NCBI RefSeq assembly: GCF_006345805.1
Contig: NC_042999.1
Coordinates: 104,532,001-104,596,000, forward strand
Direction of reading: 5' to 3'
From: Octopus sinensis
Taxonomy: Eukaryota
Length of the DNA stretch: 64,000 nucleotides
Shown here: piece after piece, positions 1-11,958 of the stretch
Layout: every line of letters starts with the position of its first letter
Position numbering within the stretch: position 1 is the stretch's first letter
Notes under the pieces: model-generated
What the model was told of the DNA's origin: nothing
The model's database searches: none
What the model saw: the letters and a program-made list of their open reading frames with translations, nothing else
Position numbers and translations under genes: made by a program

Positions 1-309
1 CCGTCAGTTATGACGACGAGGGTCCCAGCTGATATGATCAATGGAATAGCTTGCTCGTGAAATTAACGTGCAAGTGACTGAGCAATCCACAGACACGTGT
101 ACCCCTAAAGTAGTTCTCAGGAAAATTCAGCGTGACACAGAGTGTGACAAGGCTGACCCTTTGAAATACAGGTACAATTCATTTCTGCCAGTTGAGTGGA
201 CTGGAGCAACGTGAAATAAAGTGTCTTGCTCAAGGACACAACGCGTCGCCGGGAATTCAACTCACGACCATACAATAGTGAGCCGAATGCTCTAACCACT
301 AAGCCACGC
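1..309 (-). mobile_element. tRNA-derived CORE-like SINE (family A)
   Basis: Minus strand reads tRNA-like head (GTGGCTTAGTGGTTAGAGC...GAGTTGAATTCCC), then GTGTCCTTGAGCAAGACACTTT (CORE-like); homologous to 28647-28960. Confidence 0.8.
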
Positions 310-1020
310 TTCTTCACTATATGTATATTTACACACACATATATAAATATATATGCAAGAAAAAAAAAATATATATAATGTAGGTGAATTTTTGATGTAA
401 CACATGTCCTTGTGGAAGCTGTGGTGCGCGGCTGAAGAAGGCCACAGACATACATTATGCATTGTTATAAATCTGTCTAATAAAGGCCCGAAACATATGT
501 ACCGCTGAATCCTTCGCATCATGTTTTTATTTTATTTTGATCAATTTATATATAATGTATATATGTATGCATATGTGTGTATGTATGTGTATATGCGCAC
601 GCACATTCATATATTTTCACACTCTTACATATATGTATATACACATACGTACACACACACACATGAATATACATACAACTCATTCTCTCTCAATGTGTGT
701 GTTTATGTATTATACATGCACATATATGCATGTGTTCAATTATTCTATAGTGATTCACTCCGTCTCTCTTCTGCTTTTCCTCACTTTTGTTCGTTAGAGC
801 AGTTATAACAATGTAATAATGGACAGCGGGCTGAAAATAATTTAAAACATACTTAATAATAAAATGCAGTTGATCAAAAATAGAAAGAACTATGATTAGA
901 TTCTCATTAAATTAAGTATGAATATTGCATCTAACAAGATTATAAATTTACTAAGAGTAATAAACAAATATTTCTGCAACAGCAAATTTCACTGGCTGTT
1001 CAACGAAAGCAATGTAAAAG

Positions 1021-1110
1021 TCAGTTAAAGCTACAACTAGCAAACAATATGGTTAGATTCTCTCCAAACTCGGTATGAATCTCGAGGAGGATGTAATCGA
1101 GACCATATAC
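1021..1110 (-). CDS. Candidate terminal exon (VYGLDYILLEIHTEFGENLTILFASCSFN* in phase 0; frame uncertain)
   Basis: Strong minus-strand acceptor TCGTCTTTTCTTTTCCAG|G followed by unique-looking sequence; no homology recognised, all three frames stop within 90 nt. Confidence 0.2.
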   Translation of the reverse strand, partial: VYGLDYILLEIHTEFGENLTILFASCSFN

Positions 1111-1284
1111 CTGGAAAAGAAAAGACGATATAGTCTTGGCATTTATAGATTTATAGAATTCATTTATAAATTTACTCGATTATGCCTGACAAACTGTAGG
1201 ACTTAACAACTATAGCATTGCTCGTTGGAAATGCATGAATAACTATCACATTATTCAGTTTCACTACATTCGTAATTCCAAAGC

Positions 1285-1285
<1 letters not shown>

Positions 1286-1335
<50 letters not shown>
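1286..1335. repeat. (GT)n microsatellite
   Basis: Direct reading. Confidence 0.95.
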
Positions 1336-1338
<3 letters not shown>

Positions 1339-1959
1339 CGTGCCCGTGTAATACAAAGAATTATAATCTGTACCATATAACTTAATATCGTGAATTTTAT
1401 CCACTTTTGTTTTTTGAAAATTTCTATTTCTATTTGCAGTTTAGTCCCAAATCAGGCCTAATGGAGTAGACCTTTGAATAAAGATGTTTTAGCTGTAACC
1501 ATGTCGGCATTTCTTTTTTTTTATTCAGACAAAATGTATCTAGAATCTTATTATCAGATGGGTCCTTCCCTCCCCAAGCCGTTTCCATCCTCCAGCTCCT
1601 TGCTTTTTACTCTTTTCTTCACCCATTCAACATTTAAATTTCTCACACTACGATATGAACTACTATTTGCCATGTTCTCTCCCGATGAAAGAAACCGGTC
1701 TTACAGTAATGTCTCTACGCTACCATTTACTGGTTGCATATCCTTGACGTTTTGCACATTGCATATGCTAATTATGAAAATAACGATTACTACTTAATTT
1801 CGAGCTCTCAGAAACAGCTACCGCGTTAAAAATACTATGCAGTTTCTCCCTAGTATTCTATGCTCCATGTATATGTAAATTTATTTGCTTATATATATAG
1901 ATAAATACATGCTTGCACATATGTGTTTATCATCTCATGAACATATTTAGGTATTTCTA

Positions 1960-2972
1960 TCTGAGGCCGAGGAAGGGCGAATGGCACCTCGAGTGTTGCA
2001 TTGCTCTCAAGCAGCTATGCCGTCTCGGGTCAACCTTGAGCGACTTCAACACAACCAAAGCATTCTATAGAGGATTAGTGGAGGGGAAGTACGACGACGA
2101 TCTCGGGTCGAACCTGGGCGTCTACGAGGAATACCCGACCTGCCTGTTCAAGACGACTTTCGGGGCGGGACATATGGACAACTTCCAGAGATCCCTGGCC
2201 TGGCAGTGCTATCGAGAAGCGCTAACCGTTCGGGATAAGCTCTACAGGCATGGCTCGAGAAACACGGAGCTGACCTGTCCGAGATGCAGTCAGAGCGACG
2301 AAAACGGCCTGCACGCACTCGTACAGTGTCCAACCATTTCCGACCTGTGGGCCTATGTTGAACGGCTGCTATCGCGTGTGGGACGAGTCGGTTTATCAAC
2401 TGAGTCTATCGTGAATATTGTCGTGCCTCTTTCCTTGGAACGGGAAGAAAGAGCCATTTTCATCGTACCTGTGGCTATGGCGAAAGAATGTGTATGATGG
2501 ACGCGTCTGAAAGATCTAGAGACAAACACTTTCCTCTCTGGTCAATCTCTCATCAACTTCTTCAAGTATCACTTGAAGAGGAAAGTGAGAGTAGAGATGG
2601 AAGTTTTGTCTAGTGAATGCTTCAAAAAAAGATAGGTGAATGTAGCAAGGATGGCACGTGTGAATGACGGAGCCAGCTTGAGTATAATCCTATGAACCAA
2701 AAGAAAAAAAAAAGCGTAAGGAAAAAAGAGAGCCACTTACTGTAATGTGTTTTCTTTTTCCATGACACTATTGCCCAAGGTTCCCGTGGTCTTTTCCGAA
2801 GACTTTTCTATCCACGGACAAACCTAATCTGTTTTCCCTTTGTACATTGACATTTCTGTGATACACGATCCCTATTGATCGGCCCCACATTTTTCTCTTT
2901 TCATGATCCCTTCCCCAAGCAGCTCTAATTTGTATTAATTCCTTTCTATGTTCAGCCCAGCGTGGCCAATAA
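1960..2972 (+). mobile_element. 5'-truncated Tx1/L1-clade non-LTR retrotransposon, 3' end of ORF2 plus 3' UTR
   Basis: ORF 1913-2497 contains CPRC...E...HALVQC (zf-RVT-type zinc knuckle) preceded by EALTVRDKL; ends CCAATAAAGAAACA then (TATC)n; homologous to 60084-60832. Confidence 0.85.
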
Positions 2973-2974
2973 AG

Positions 2975-3632
<658 letters not shown>

Positions 3633-3966
3633 TGTATTTCACTTAGAAGGTTTCAATAGAAGGCCCATATACAAGAGAAAAACAGTCTGGTACTATTTTC
3701 ATTGTCTGAGAAGCAATATTATTGACGGAAGTTTATGAATTTATGAAATGTCTAGACGTCGTAAACTTCGTCCTGAAGGAAAGTGGTGCTAACAAACGCA
3801 AAAATAGAACTCTTCTCATTTGTGTCTTTCTTTTCCTTTGTCACTCGATTTCTCTCAACGCATACATGCATGCACACACATGCACACACACCACACACGC
3901 ACACAAAGCGACACACAATGGCTTACACGCTCACACACACACATGCATCTATTTGTGCGTATATGC

Positions 3967-4008
<42 letters not shown>

Positions 4009-4040
4009 CTTATTTAAAGCAGCAGAAAATTCAACAAAAC

Positions 4041-4078
4041 CTGTTACTCTGAGTTTCCCGTTGCCGTTCATCGGACAG
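4041..4078 (-). ncRNA. Minimal type-I hammerhead-like motif, U4C core variant
   Basis: CTGT-CCGATGA-A CG GCAA CG G-GAAA-CTCAGAG-TA-ACAG: stem I CTGT/ACAG, GUA site; homologue at 7351-7396. Confidence 0.5.
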
Positions 4079-4110
4079 TTTTTGCTAGCAAAAACTGTCC
4101 GATGAACGGC
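4063..4110. repeat. Perfect 48-bp palindrome (fold-back of the hammerhead-bearing repeat)
   Basis: GCCGTTCATCGGACAGTTTTTGCT|AGCAAAAACTGTCCGATGAACGGC is its own reverse complement. Confidence 0.95.
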
Positions 4111-4205
4111 TTTAAATAAATATGCTTTAAATAAAGCATATTACTCTACCACTGGTATTTGAGTACTCTTTTTTCCACCTTGTTTCAGATTTATGTGTTT
4201 ACTCC

Positions 4206-4254
<49 letters not shown>

Positions 4255-4812
4255 CGTTCAGGTAGTGGTTCTTATCAGTAAGCACACTAACCTCTCACCG
4301 CTTCGTGATTCCAAGGGGTTCAATGCAGTCTAAGAAATGTTATAAAAAGTACATCAATAAGGAGAGAATAAACATTGGTATTGCCTTATTTCATCAGTTA
4401 TGTATGTTTCGGTATTCGGTAAATAACTGATGTCACGCTATAAATACAATCCATATATAGTTTGTAAGTGCGGTACACATAAACAGAACTGGTATCTTTC
4501 TTGGACAAAGAAGATACACAGCTCAGAAGCATTCAGTTATCTTAATAAACGCTTGAGAGATACATAGTAAGTTACTCCGCTCCTTCTGCTGGACTTGTAT
4601 CGCACAAGTATTTATACAAGATAACTGCATGTTTGTGAATATTTCTTATTTCTTTATCTGCCGAGGAGGTGTCTGGTTTTGATTATGTATAATACACTAC
4701 TAAATTGCATCTACGTTTTGCATTAATAGTGTGACATTATTTGATAATCGAACACCGAAACTATAACGGCTGTAATAGCGTAATACCAAGTTCGCGTTCA
4801 CGTCTATTCTCT

Positions 4813-4861
<49 letters not shown>

Positions 4862-5871
4862 CTTAAAGTTTCTATGTTGATTTCTGTTGCACGTCTGATC
4901 CCATCCTCTATGAGTTGAGCTGGGTAATGTCTGTCAATTAGGGTGTTTTTGAGTTCTTGCAGTCTAAAGTTCCTGGTATTTTGTTCTGACACTATTGTGC
5001 ATATCCTTCTTGCAAGGTTGAAGGAGATGTTTGTTTTAGTGTGTCTTGGGTGGCATGAATTAAAAAGAAGGTATTGTTTGGCGTCTGTGGCTTTGTAAAA
5101 AATGTCTGTTTCTATTTTAAGGTTAATTTTTTTAATTAGTGCAACAGAAATCAACATAGAAACTTTAAGAAAAGTTCAACACAACAACACACCTTCCCCG
5201 AAAATACTACCTTACATATCTACATACAACCCCAGAAACAAAGAAGCCTTCACCATCATCACCCAGAATTTACCAATACTCCATAAGGACCCCAAATTAA
5301 AGGAAATTCTAAACATACACCAAATCATTAAAAGCTACAAACAACCTAAATCACTTAAAAAGATTCTCACAAAGGCAAAATTGTTTTCTGAAATTACGGA
5401 TGCAAAAGTAAAAAAGGATCAGAATTCCTCTTCAAAGAGGGACAGAAATGCAAGATCAAATCTAATTTTACTTGTGCCTCTGAAAACATAATTTATGTCA
5501 TAAAATGCTCGGGCTGCCACCAAGACTACGTGGGAACCACGGGACTATCACTCAGACGTAGATGCACACTGCATCGACAACAGATTGCATTCCCAGAATA
5601 CAGAATGATACCTTTTAGTGAGCACATTGAGAAATGCGCAAAGCAACTACTACCACAATTTTTAATCTTTCCATTTTACCAATGTGCTATCGGATCATCA
5701 ACACAAACTAGACTAAACAAGGAAACATTCTTCATTGAAAAGTACAAGCCCAGACTTAACCATTCCAACATACTTATACAGAGAAATTCACCCCAAAGGA
5801 AAGGAAAAAAAATTTAAGCGATTATCTCCCTTACGCCGGAAGAAATCACTTATTACCTCCCCTTATTTAGA

Positions 5872-5952
5872 ACTCTTTTCAACATAAACATAACGATAAC
5901 TCTTCTAAACATAAACATAACGATAACTCTTCTAAACATAAACATAACGACG
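5872..5952 (+). repeat. Three tandem 27-bp units in the PLE 3' region
   Basis: ACTCTT(T/C)(T/C)(C/A)AACATAAACATAACGA(TA/CG)-type unit x3: ACTCTTTTCAACATAAACATAACGATA, ACTCTTCTAAACATAAACATAACGATA, ACTCTTCTAAACATAAACATAACGACG. Confidence 0.9.
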
Positions 5953-5953
5953 T

Positions 5954-5992
5954 AAGAAATTTGAAAAGCTAAACGCGAAACCGGTCTTTCTT
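5954..5992 (+). ncRNA. Degenerate minimal hammerhead motif at the PLE 3' end
   Basis: AAGAAA-T-TTGAAAA-GC TAAAC GC-GAAA-CCGG-TC-TTTCTT; stems I, II and palindromic III present but the core is mutated. Confidence 0.4.
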
Positions 5993-6111
5993 CTAAACTA
6001 TGTCATTGTAAGAAAAACATTTATAATATTCTTCAGACATATTGACTTAAATATATATTCTTTAACCTTTTAAAACAAGCCTTCTGTAGTTTTTTTCACT
6101 TTTTACTATTT

Positions 6112-6170
<59 letters not shown>

Positions 6171-6263
6171 AAATATTATTAGAGACAAAACCACTATTTG
6201 CAAAACAAACAAGGAAAGACTTAATCAATACATAAAATTTTAATAAATAGTCAAAAAAAACCG

Positions 6264-6306
6264 CCACTACAATTGTTTCTTGTCTTGATCGACAATCTTC
6301 AGGTGG
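6264..6306 (-). ncRNA. Mirror copy of the 6371-6413 hammerhead
   Basis: Exact reverse complement in the left arm of the fold-back. Confidence 0.8.
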
Positions 6307-6370
6307 ACTTCCAATAAGTCAGTTTCAAATTATGAATTATTTCATAATTTGAAACTGACTTATTGGAAGT

Positions 6371-6413
6371 CCACCTGAAGATTGTCGATCAAGACAAGAA
6401 ACAATTGTAGTGG
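6371..6413 (+). ncRNA. Minimal type-I hammerhead ribozyme with canonical core
   Basis: CCAC-CTGAAGA-TTGTC GATCAA GACAA-GAAA-CAATTG-TA-GTGG: stem I 4 bp, stem II 5 bp, palindromic stem III, GUA site (cleavage predicted after 6409). Confidence 0.8.
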
Positions 6414-6582
6414 CGGTTTTTTGACTATTTATTAAAATTTTATGTATTGATTAAGTCTTTCCTTGTTTGTTTTGCAAAATAGTGGTTTTGTCTCTAATAA
6501 TATTTTATAATATTTTACTATAAAATTGGATTAATCCTAAATCTGATTTTTTCCCTGTAAATTTGGATTTATTCCTTAATAT

Positions 6583-6632
<50 letters not shown>

Positions 6633-6756
6633 GTGTGTGTATATATTTATTCATATGTCTTCCTAGCTCTCCTGTGTGACCCCTCTGTCCGGCATTCGCC
6701 ATGATAGATCGCTAGCTACTACACTTTATTTTCTCTCTTTGTTTCTTTCTGTGTTC

Positions 6757-6792
6757 CTTTCTGTGGAAGAGCGTAGGCTCGAAACATTAAAG
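6757..6792 (+). ncRNA. Degenerate hammerhead variant (extra-A family)
   Basis: CTTT-CTGTGGA-A-GAGC GTAG GCTC-GAAA-CAT-T-AAAG; same architecture as 19290-19322. Confidence 0.4.
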
Positions 6793-6919
6793 ACTTTTTA
6801 ACTTCCCGAGCGTTATACTAATACATCTGTTTGTTGTCTACACCACCTGACTTCGTCTGTTGTTTTTTGTGAATTTTCTCCTATAAATATATATATATAT
6901 ATGTATATATATATACCTA

Positions 6920-6988
<69 letters not shown>

Positions 6989-7024
6989 AATAATATATAT
7001 ACATATATTTATACACACACACAC

Positions 7025-7060
<36 letters not shown>

Positions 7061-7350
7061 CACACCAGACTAAGTACATTAATGAGAAACGTACACTGGA
7101 GGTAGTGTATACCATTAATTAATTTATCCTGAGTATACAAGTTTTTTTTCCTTCTACTAAAGTTAAAATTTTGATTTTATATTTTCGATTTTAAATATGA
7201 TTTTAAATCGTAATCTTAATTTCATATAACCGGTTATTGAAAAGATCGTTAGATGAAAGGACCAATGGACCAAAACCAATTTCAAATGTGAATTTATCGA
7301 CGAAGTTGTATATTTACACATATAACCTTATTTTTGTTCCATTCTCAACC

Positions 7351-7396
7351 AAAACTCTCCGACGAACGTGAACCTGAAACTCTGAGTAATAGTTTT
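7351..7396 (+). ncRNA. Hammerhead-like motif, U4C family, degenerate
   Basis: AAAACTCT-CCGACGA-ACG TGAA CCT-GAAA-CTCTGAG-TA-ATAGTTTT. Confidence 0.4.
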
Positions 7397-7896
7397 TGTG
7401 ATGCCTTTGCAGCTTTATTTATAAAGTACACACACACACACACACAGATAGATAGATATATATCAGAGGAAAAGGCACAACAAAAACAAGGCAGGACGAG
7501 TATTTCAGGTCAATTAGAGTATTTAATTAGAGTAAGGTGAATTAGAAGGAATTAATGTCTTGCAGCTGTTTCTGGGATATTCAAGGTGTTGGGTCAGCAT
7601 CTCCATACACAAGATATTCCGTCATCAAAGACAAGGTAAGTTTGTGGGAAAGTTTCAGACGAAGTTCACTGAATATAAAAGAATAAAACTGTAGATAGAA
7701 GAATAAAGAATAAAACAGTAGATGGAAGAATAAAGGCAGAAGAACAAAATTCACAGCTCATCTGCTAACTCGGAAGTCTACTACAGATCCCTAGTTCCAG
7801 CCTCAGCTGTGAATTTGGAACCTGACGGATGACCAATTATAGCACTTACATAGCATACCATTACGTTTAGATCATCAGTGGACCAAACCCCTCATG

Positions 7897-7950
<54 letters not shown>

Positions 7951-8106
7951 GTGCATATATATATATATCCCAAAATTAAATAAAGAAGGTAGAAATTAAT
8001 ATTAATTAATATCAATTTAAACTAGTGGCTTAGCATACTTAAAAATATCCTAAGATTAAGAAATTATATCACATACATACATAAGAGGAATAACCACGAA
8101 GGTGAA

Positions 8107-8479
8107 TTCCTAATATGCTAGAAGACGACACCAAATCGTCTTACCACGAAGAATGTGTTCTCAAGAAATGTCAGAAAACGCCAGAATGTAAAATGAGCAA
8201 GAAAAATTAAGAGATATAAAATTTGGCAATAAGCTATATACCTAGATTTCGTATTAACATTCTCAAATGTAATGTCCGTAGTTCATCAGTGCAGCCGTTG
8301 CATGGGAAACATAATTCACGTTTGTTAATGTTAATAGCTAAACCTAGGTATATAGCTTATTGCCAAATTTTGTATCTTTTAATTTGTCTTGATCGATTTA
8401 CATTCTGGCATTTGCTGAAATTTCTTGAGAACACATTCTTCGTGGTAAGACGATTTGGCGTCTTCTAGCATATTAGAAA
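8107..8479. repeat. Inverted repeat, about 138-bp arms with about 98-nt spacer
   Basis: 8107-8245 pairs with 8344-8479 (for example AAATCGTCTTACCACGAAGAATGTGTTCTCAAGAAAT and its reverse complement); arms are diverged. Confidence 0.9.
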
Positions 8480-8537
8480 TCCACCTTGGTGGCTATTGCT
8501 CTTATATATGTATGTATGTGTATATGTATATGCGAGT

Positions 8538-8574
<37 letters not shown>

Positions 8575-8604
8575 GTGTGTGTGTGTATGTGTGTATGTGT
8601 GTGT

Positions 8605-8920
8605 GAAGACACATGGCTCAGTGGCTAGGGCATCGGACTCACAATCATGGGGTAGTGAGTTAGATTCACAGATCGGGATGTGTGTTGTTTTCTTGAGCAA
8701 GACACTTTGTTTCACGTTGCATCACTTCACTCAGGTGTAGTAAATGAGTTTCGACGTCACTCGTGTCAAGCTGTATCGGTCTTAGCCTTTTCCTTAGATA
8801 ACATCGGTGGCGTGGAAAGAGGTGTCTGGTGTGCGTGGACGACTGCTGGTCTTCCATAAACAATCTTACTCGGACTCGTGCCTTGGAGGGAAACTTTCTA
8901 GGTGCAATCCCGTGGTCATT
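8605..8920 (+). mobile_element. tRNA-derived CORE-like SINE, related head but different body
   Basis: GGCTCAGTGGCTAGGGCATCGGACTC head; TTCTTGAGCAAGACACTTTGTTTCAC. Confidence 0.65.
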
Positions 8921-9353
8921 TACACACATGCACATACATACATACATACATACATACATACATACATACATACATACATACATGTATATGTATTATATAT
9001 ATATTATATATATAATATATATATATATATTATATATATATATATAATATATATAATATATATATATATAAGCACGGGCACTGTTCACACATGTTTCTTG
9101 TTCAAAACATTTTGAAGAATACTCAATGCATGTTACTTGTAAATTTTATTAATTTACAAATAGCTGGTTAGTCAATTCACTGCAGTTCACGTCTGATAGA
9201 AGAAATGAATTGAGCAAGATGCTCTGAGAAGCAATAGCGTTAATCACCGGATTCATATACGTACAAACACACGTACGCACATACACACATATGCACACCC
9301 ACACATACACACACATGCAAATTTGTTTGTCTGTCCGTCTATCTATCTGTCTT

Positions 9354-9439
<86 letters not shown>

Positions 9440-9440
<1 letters not shown>

Positions 9441-9677
9441 CTTTCTTATTTCTTATTTCTTTATTGCCCACAGGGGCTAAACATAGAGGGGACAAACAAG
9501 GACAGAAAAACGGATTAAGTCGATTACATCGACTCAGTGCGTAACTGGTACTTAATTTATCGACCCCGAAAGGAGGAAAGACAAAATCGGCGGAATTTGA
9601 ACTCAGAACGTAACGGCAGACGAGTTACCGCTAAGCATTTCGCCCGGCGTGCTAACGTTTCTGCCAGCTCACTGCCT
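9440..9677 (-). mobile_element. Meta-domain-like SINE (family M), monomer with small internal deletion
   Basis: Minus strand: GAGCTGGCAGAAACGTTAGCACGCCGGGCG head, GAGTTCAAATTCC B box, CCTTTCGGGGTCGATAAATTAAGTACCAG, tail GGGCAATAAAGAAATAAG. Confidence 0.85.
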
Positions 9678-10240
9678 TCTATCTATCTCTTTTTTTATAT
9701 ATGTATGTGTGTGTATGTATGTATGTATGTATGTATGTATGTATGTATGTAGTATGTATGTATGTATGTATGTATGTATGTATGTATATATATGATTGGA
9801 GCGATCTCAAGATTAATCAGCCGAAATTGCGAGAATGATCCGGTTCTTGACTGAAGATTACAAAATTACAAACAAGTATTCATTCAACGAACCGATGGTC
9901 TCTATAAAACATACATACATAAAATTTGATGAAATAAGTGATAATGTTTTTAAAAGAAGGTCACCCTTTCCAGGCAATCGCCTAGTTTTTGACGTCAGTT
10001 GGTATTCGCATTCCTGCTCCGACAGTAAAGCTCTCCAGAAGTAAGTTGAACATGTATCGGCAGTTCAAAATATTTCATTGCTTTTATTTTAGATTGAAGT
10101 TGGATAGCGAATGTTCTGTAAAATTTATCTGTGGAATATAGGTCTTAATTCATCGGCCATTCTGAAACCCTGCTGTTTATCTGCTGTCGTTCACGTAATG
10201 CTGATGGTCCTCCCTTTATATTTCATCCTCAAACACGGAG

Positions 10241-10306
<66 letters not shown>

Positions 10307-10441
10307 ATAAACCTTTACATAATAAATAACGTGAAATACACGAAGGGACGAACATAAGAGACAGACGGGTCATTCAAAGCCTTCGTTCTTCAGTCAGAAA
10401 TATGCTTGTATGTATATATATACATACATATATATATATAA

Positions 10442-10501
<60 letters not shown>

Positions 10502-10507
10502 TATATA

Positions 10508-11010
10508 GGCGCAGGAGTGGCTGTGTGGTGAGTAGCTTGCTTATCAACCACATGGTTCCGGGTTCAGTCTCAGTGCGTGGGTTGGGCAATTGTCGTCTAT
10601 TATAGCCTCGGACCGACCAAAGCTTTAAGAGTGAATTTGGTAAATGGAAACTGAAAGAAGGCAGCGACATATATATTATATATATATATATCGCAAATAA
10701 GAAAATGGAGAACAATAGGTGGTTCATCAACTTTTGGACATTAAAATGTTAATAGGAGTTATATATATAAATATATATGTATGTGTGTTTGTGTGTGTGA
10801 GTGTGTGTGTGAGTGTGTTTGTGTCTGTGTTTGTGTGTCTGACAACTGATGTTGGTGTGTCTACGTCCCCGGAACTTAGTGGTTCGGCAAAGTGACTGAT
10901 AGAACAAGTATTAGGCTTACAAAGAATATATCCTGGGGGTCAGTTTGTTCGGCTGAAGGCGGTGCTCCAGCATGGTCGCAGTCAAATAACTGAAACAAAC
11001 AAAAGAGTAA
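10508..11010 (+). mobile_element. Bipartite CORE-like SINE (family B) with expanded internal microsatellite and a nested fragment
   Basis: Head GGCGCAGGAGTGGCTGTGTGG; tail GGCGGTGCTCCAGCATGG...CTGAAAC; homologous to 29165-29560. Confidence 0.85.
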
Positions 11011-11326
11011 AGTGTATATAAATTTCTGATGAAGTTCCTAAATTTGTCGAAAGCGCTTCCCCGTAGTTAGTTCTATGCTGTTTATGTTACGTCATTAAAT
11101 GCTGCTACTAAATATTTGCTGACTTAAACGGAAAAAAATAACAAAAATAAAAACAAAAAAAGCAAACAGTAAATAGTACACACGCTAGAAAAAATATTTA
11201 CTTCGAAATACTAAGTTTTCCACCTTTACGTAATTAAGAAAAATAAAGCAAAAAGCATTTAACTTATCTTCTTTGTATCTAAAAAAAGGTTAATTAGACT
11301 GAAGGCTGCCTTTTCCCCGCAGACAG

Positions 11327-11371
11327 TATATAAATGCGCCGAAATTTATAGCACCCAAAAGGTATTTCAGT
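11327..11371 (+). promoter_or_regulatory. Candidate TATA box plus Inr-like TCAGT
   Basis: TATATAAA at 11327-11334 in a non-microsatellite context; TCAGT at 11367-11371 (spacing slightly long). Confidence 0.3.
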
Positions 11372-11565
11372 ACTTAAGTCATAATAAATCTTAGATCACA
11401 CTTCTCTTCTGGAAGTGCAAGCAATTGTGTAACCATTGCACATGGAATTCATCATGAATATACGTTTACATGCATACATATATACATGTATATATATATG
11501 TATACATATATATATATATATATACAAACATATATGTATATATGTGCTTATACGAATATATACCC

Positions 11566-11630
<65 letters not shown>

Positions 11631-11832
11631 CACATATAAATTTATGTATGCATATAAGTTTAAAGTTCATATTAATGTTATCAAACTCTCGCACACATAG
11701 ATGTGTATGTATACGCATGCATGTCCGTATTCATACATACATATATGTGTACGCGTGAATAAAATTTAGAATAAAAGCACTGAAAATACGACGGAATAAA
11801 CGTTGGAATGTGACCTCTCCCCTCTCTCTCAG

Positions 11833-11958
11833 ATCACTATCCCAGTCCTAAAATAGTTGTTTTTAATTGCGTTACTACGCGCGAAGACACAACAGGAAAC
11901 CACCAATGAAAATACAGGATCTACGCAATTCTGCGCCCTCGCAATGGGCACACGCTGA
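11833..11958 (+). other. Candidate spliced exon containing a short ATG-initiated frame (MKIQDLRNSAPSQWAHA...)
   Basis: CCCTCTCTCTCAG| acceptor and GA|GTAAGT consensus donor flanking CpG-containing unique sequence. Confidence 0.35.

Larger units (their letters stand above)
4858..5992 (+). mobile_element. Penelope-like element fragment (RT thumb + GIY-YIG endonuclease) with inverted 5' part
   Basis: Minus piece 4858-5138: TDIFYKATDAKQYLLFNSCHPRHTK...ARRI (PLE RT thumb). Plus piece 5139-5817: ILPYISTYNP and IYVIKCSGCHQDYVGTT (GIY-YIG, across a frameshift). Confidence 0.9.
6167..6509. repeat. Near-perfect fold-back inverted repeat, about 170-bp arms, 4-nt loop (6337-6340)
   Basis: 6167-6336 is the reverse complement of 6341-6509 apart from homopolymer-length differences. 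Confidence 0.95.

Noticed and set aside
7573-7642. Small plus-strand exon ending in AAG|GTAAGT
   Set aside because: The acceptor side derives from a reversed hammerhead repeat and all frames are open, so there is no coding signal; exonisation cannot be shown without RNA data.
8246-8295. Minus-strand CTGATGA...GAAA in the inverted-repeat spacer as a hammerhead
   Set aside because: Stem I cannot be formed.
10508-10580. tRNA genes at SINE 5' ends (also near 250-309, 26604-26690, 28650-28715)
   Set aside because: A and B boxes are present but there is no complete cloverleaf, and each runs into a SINE body.
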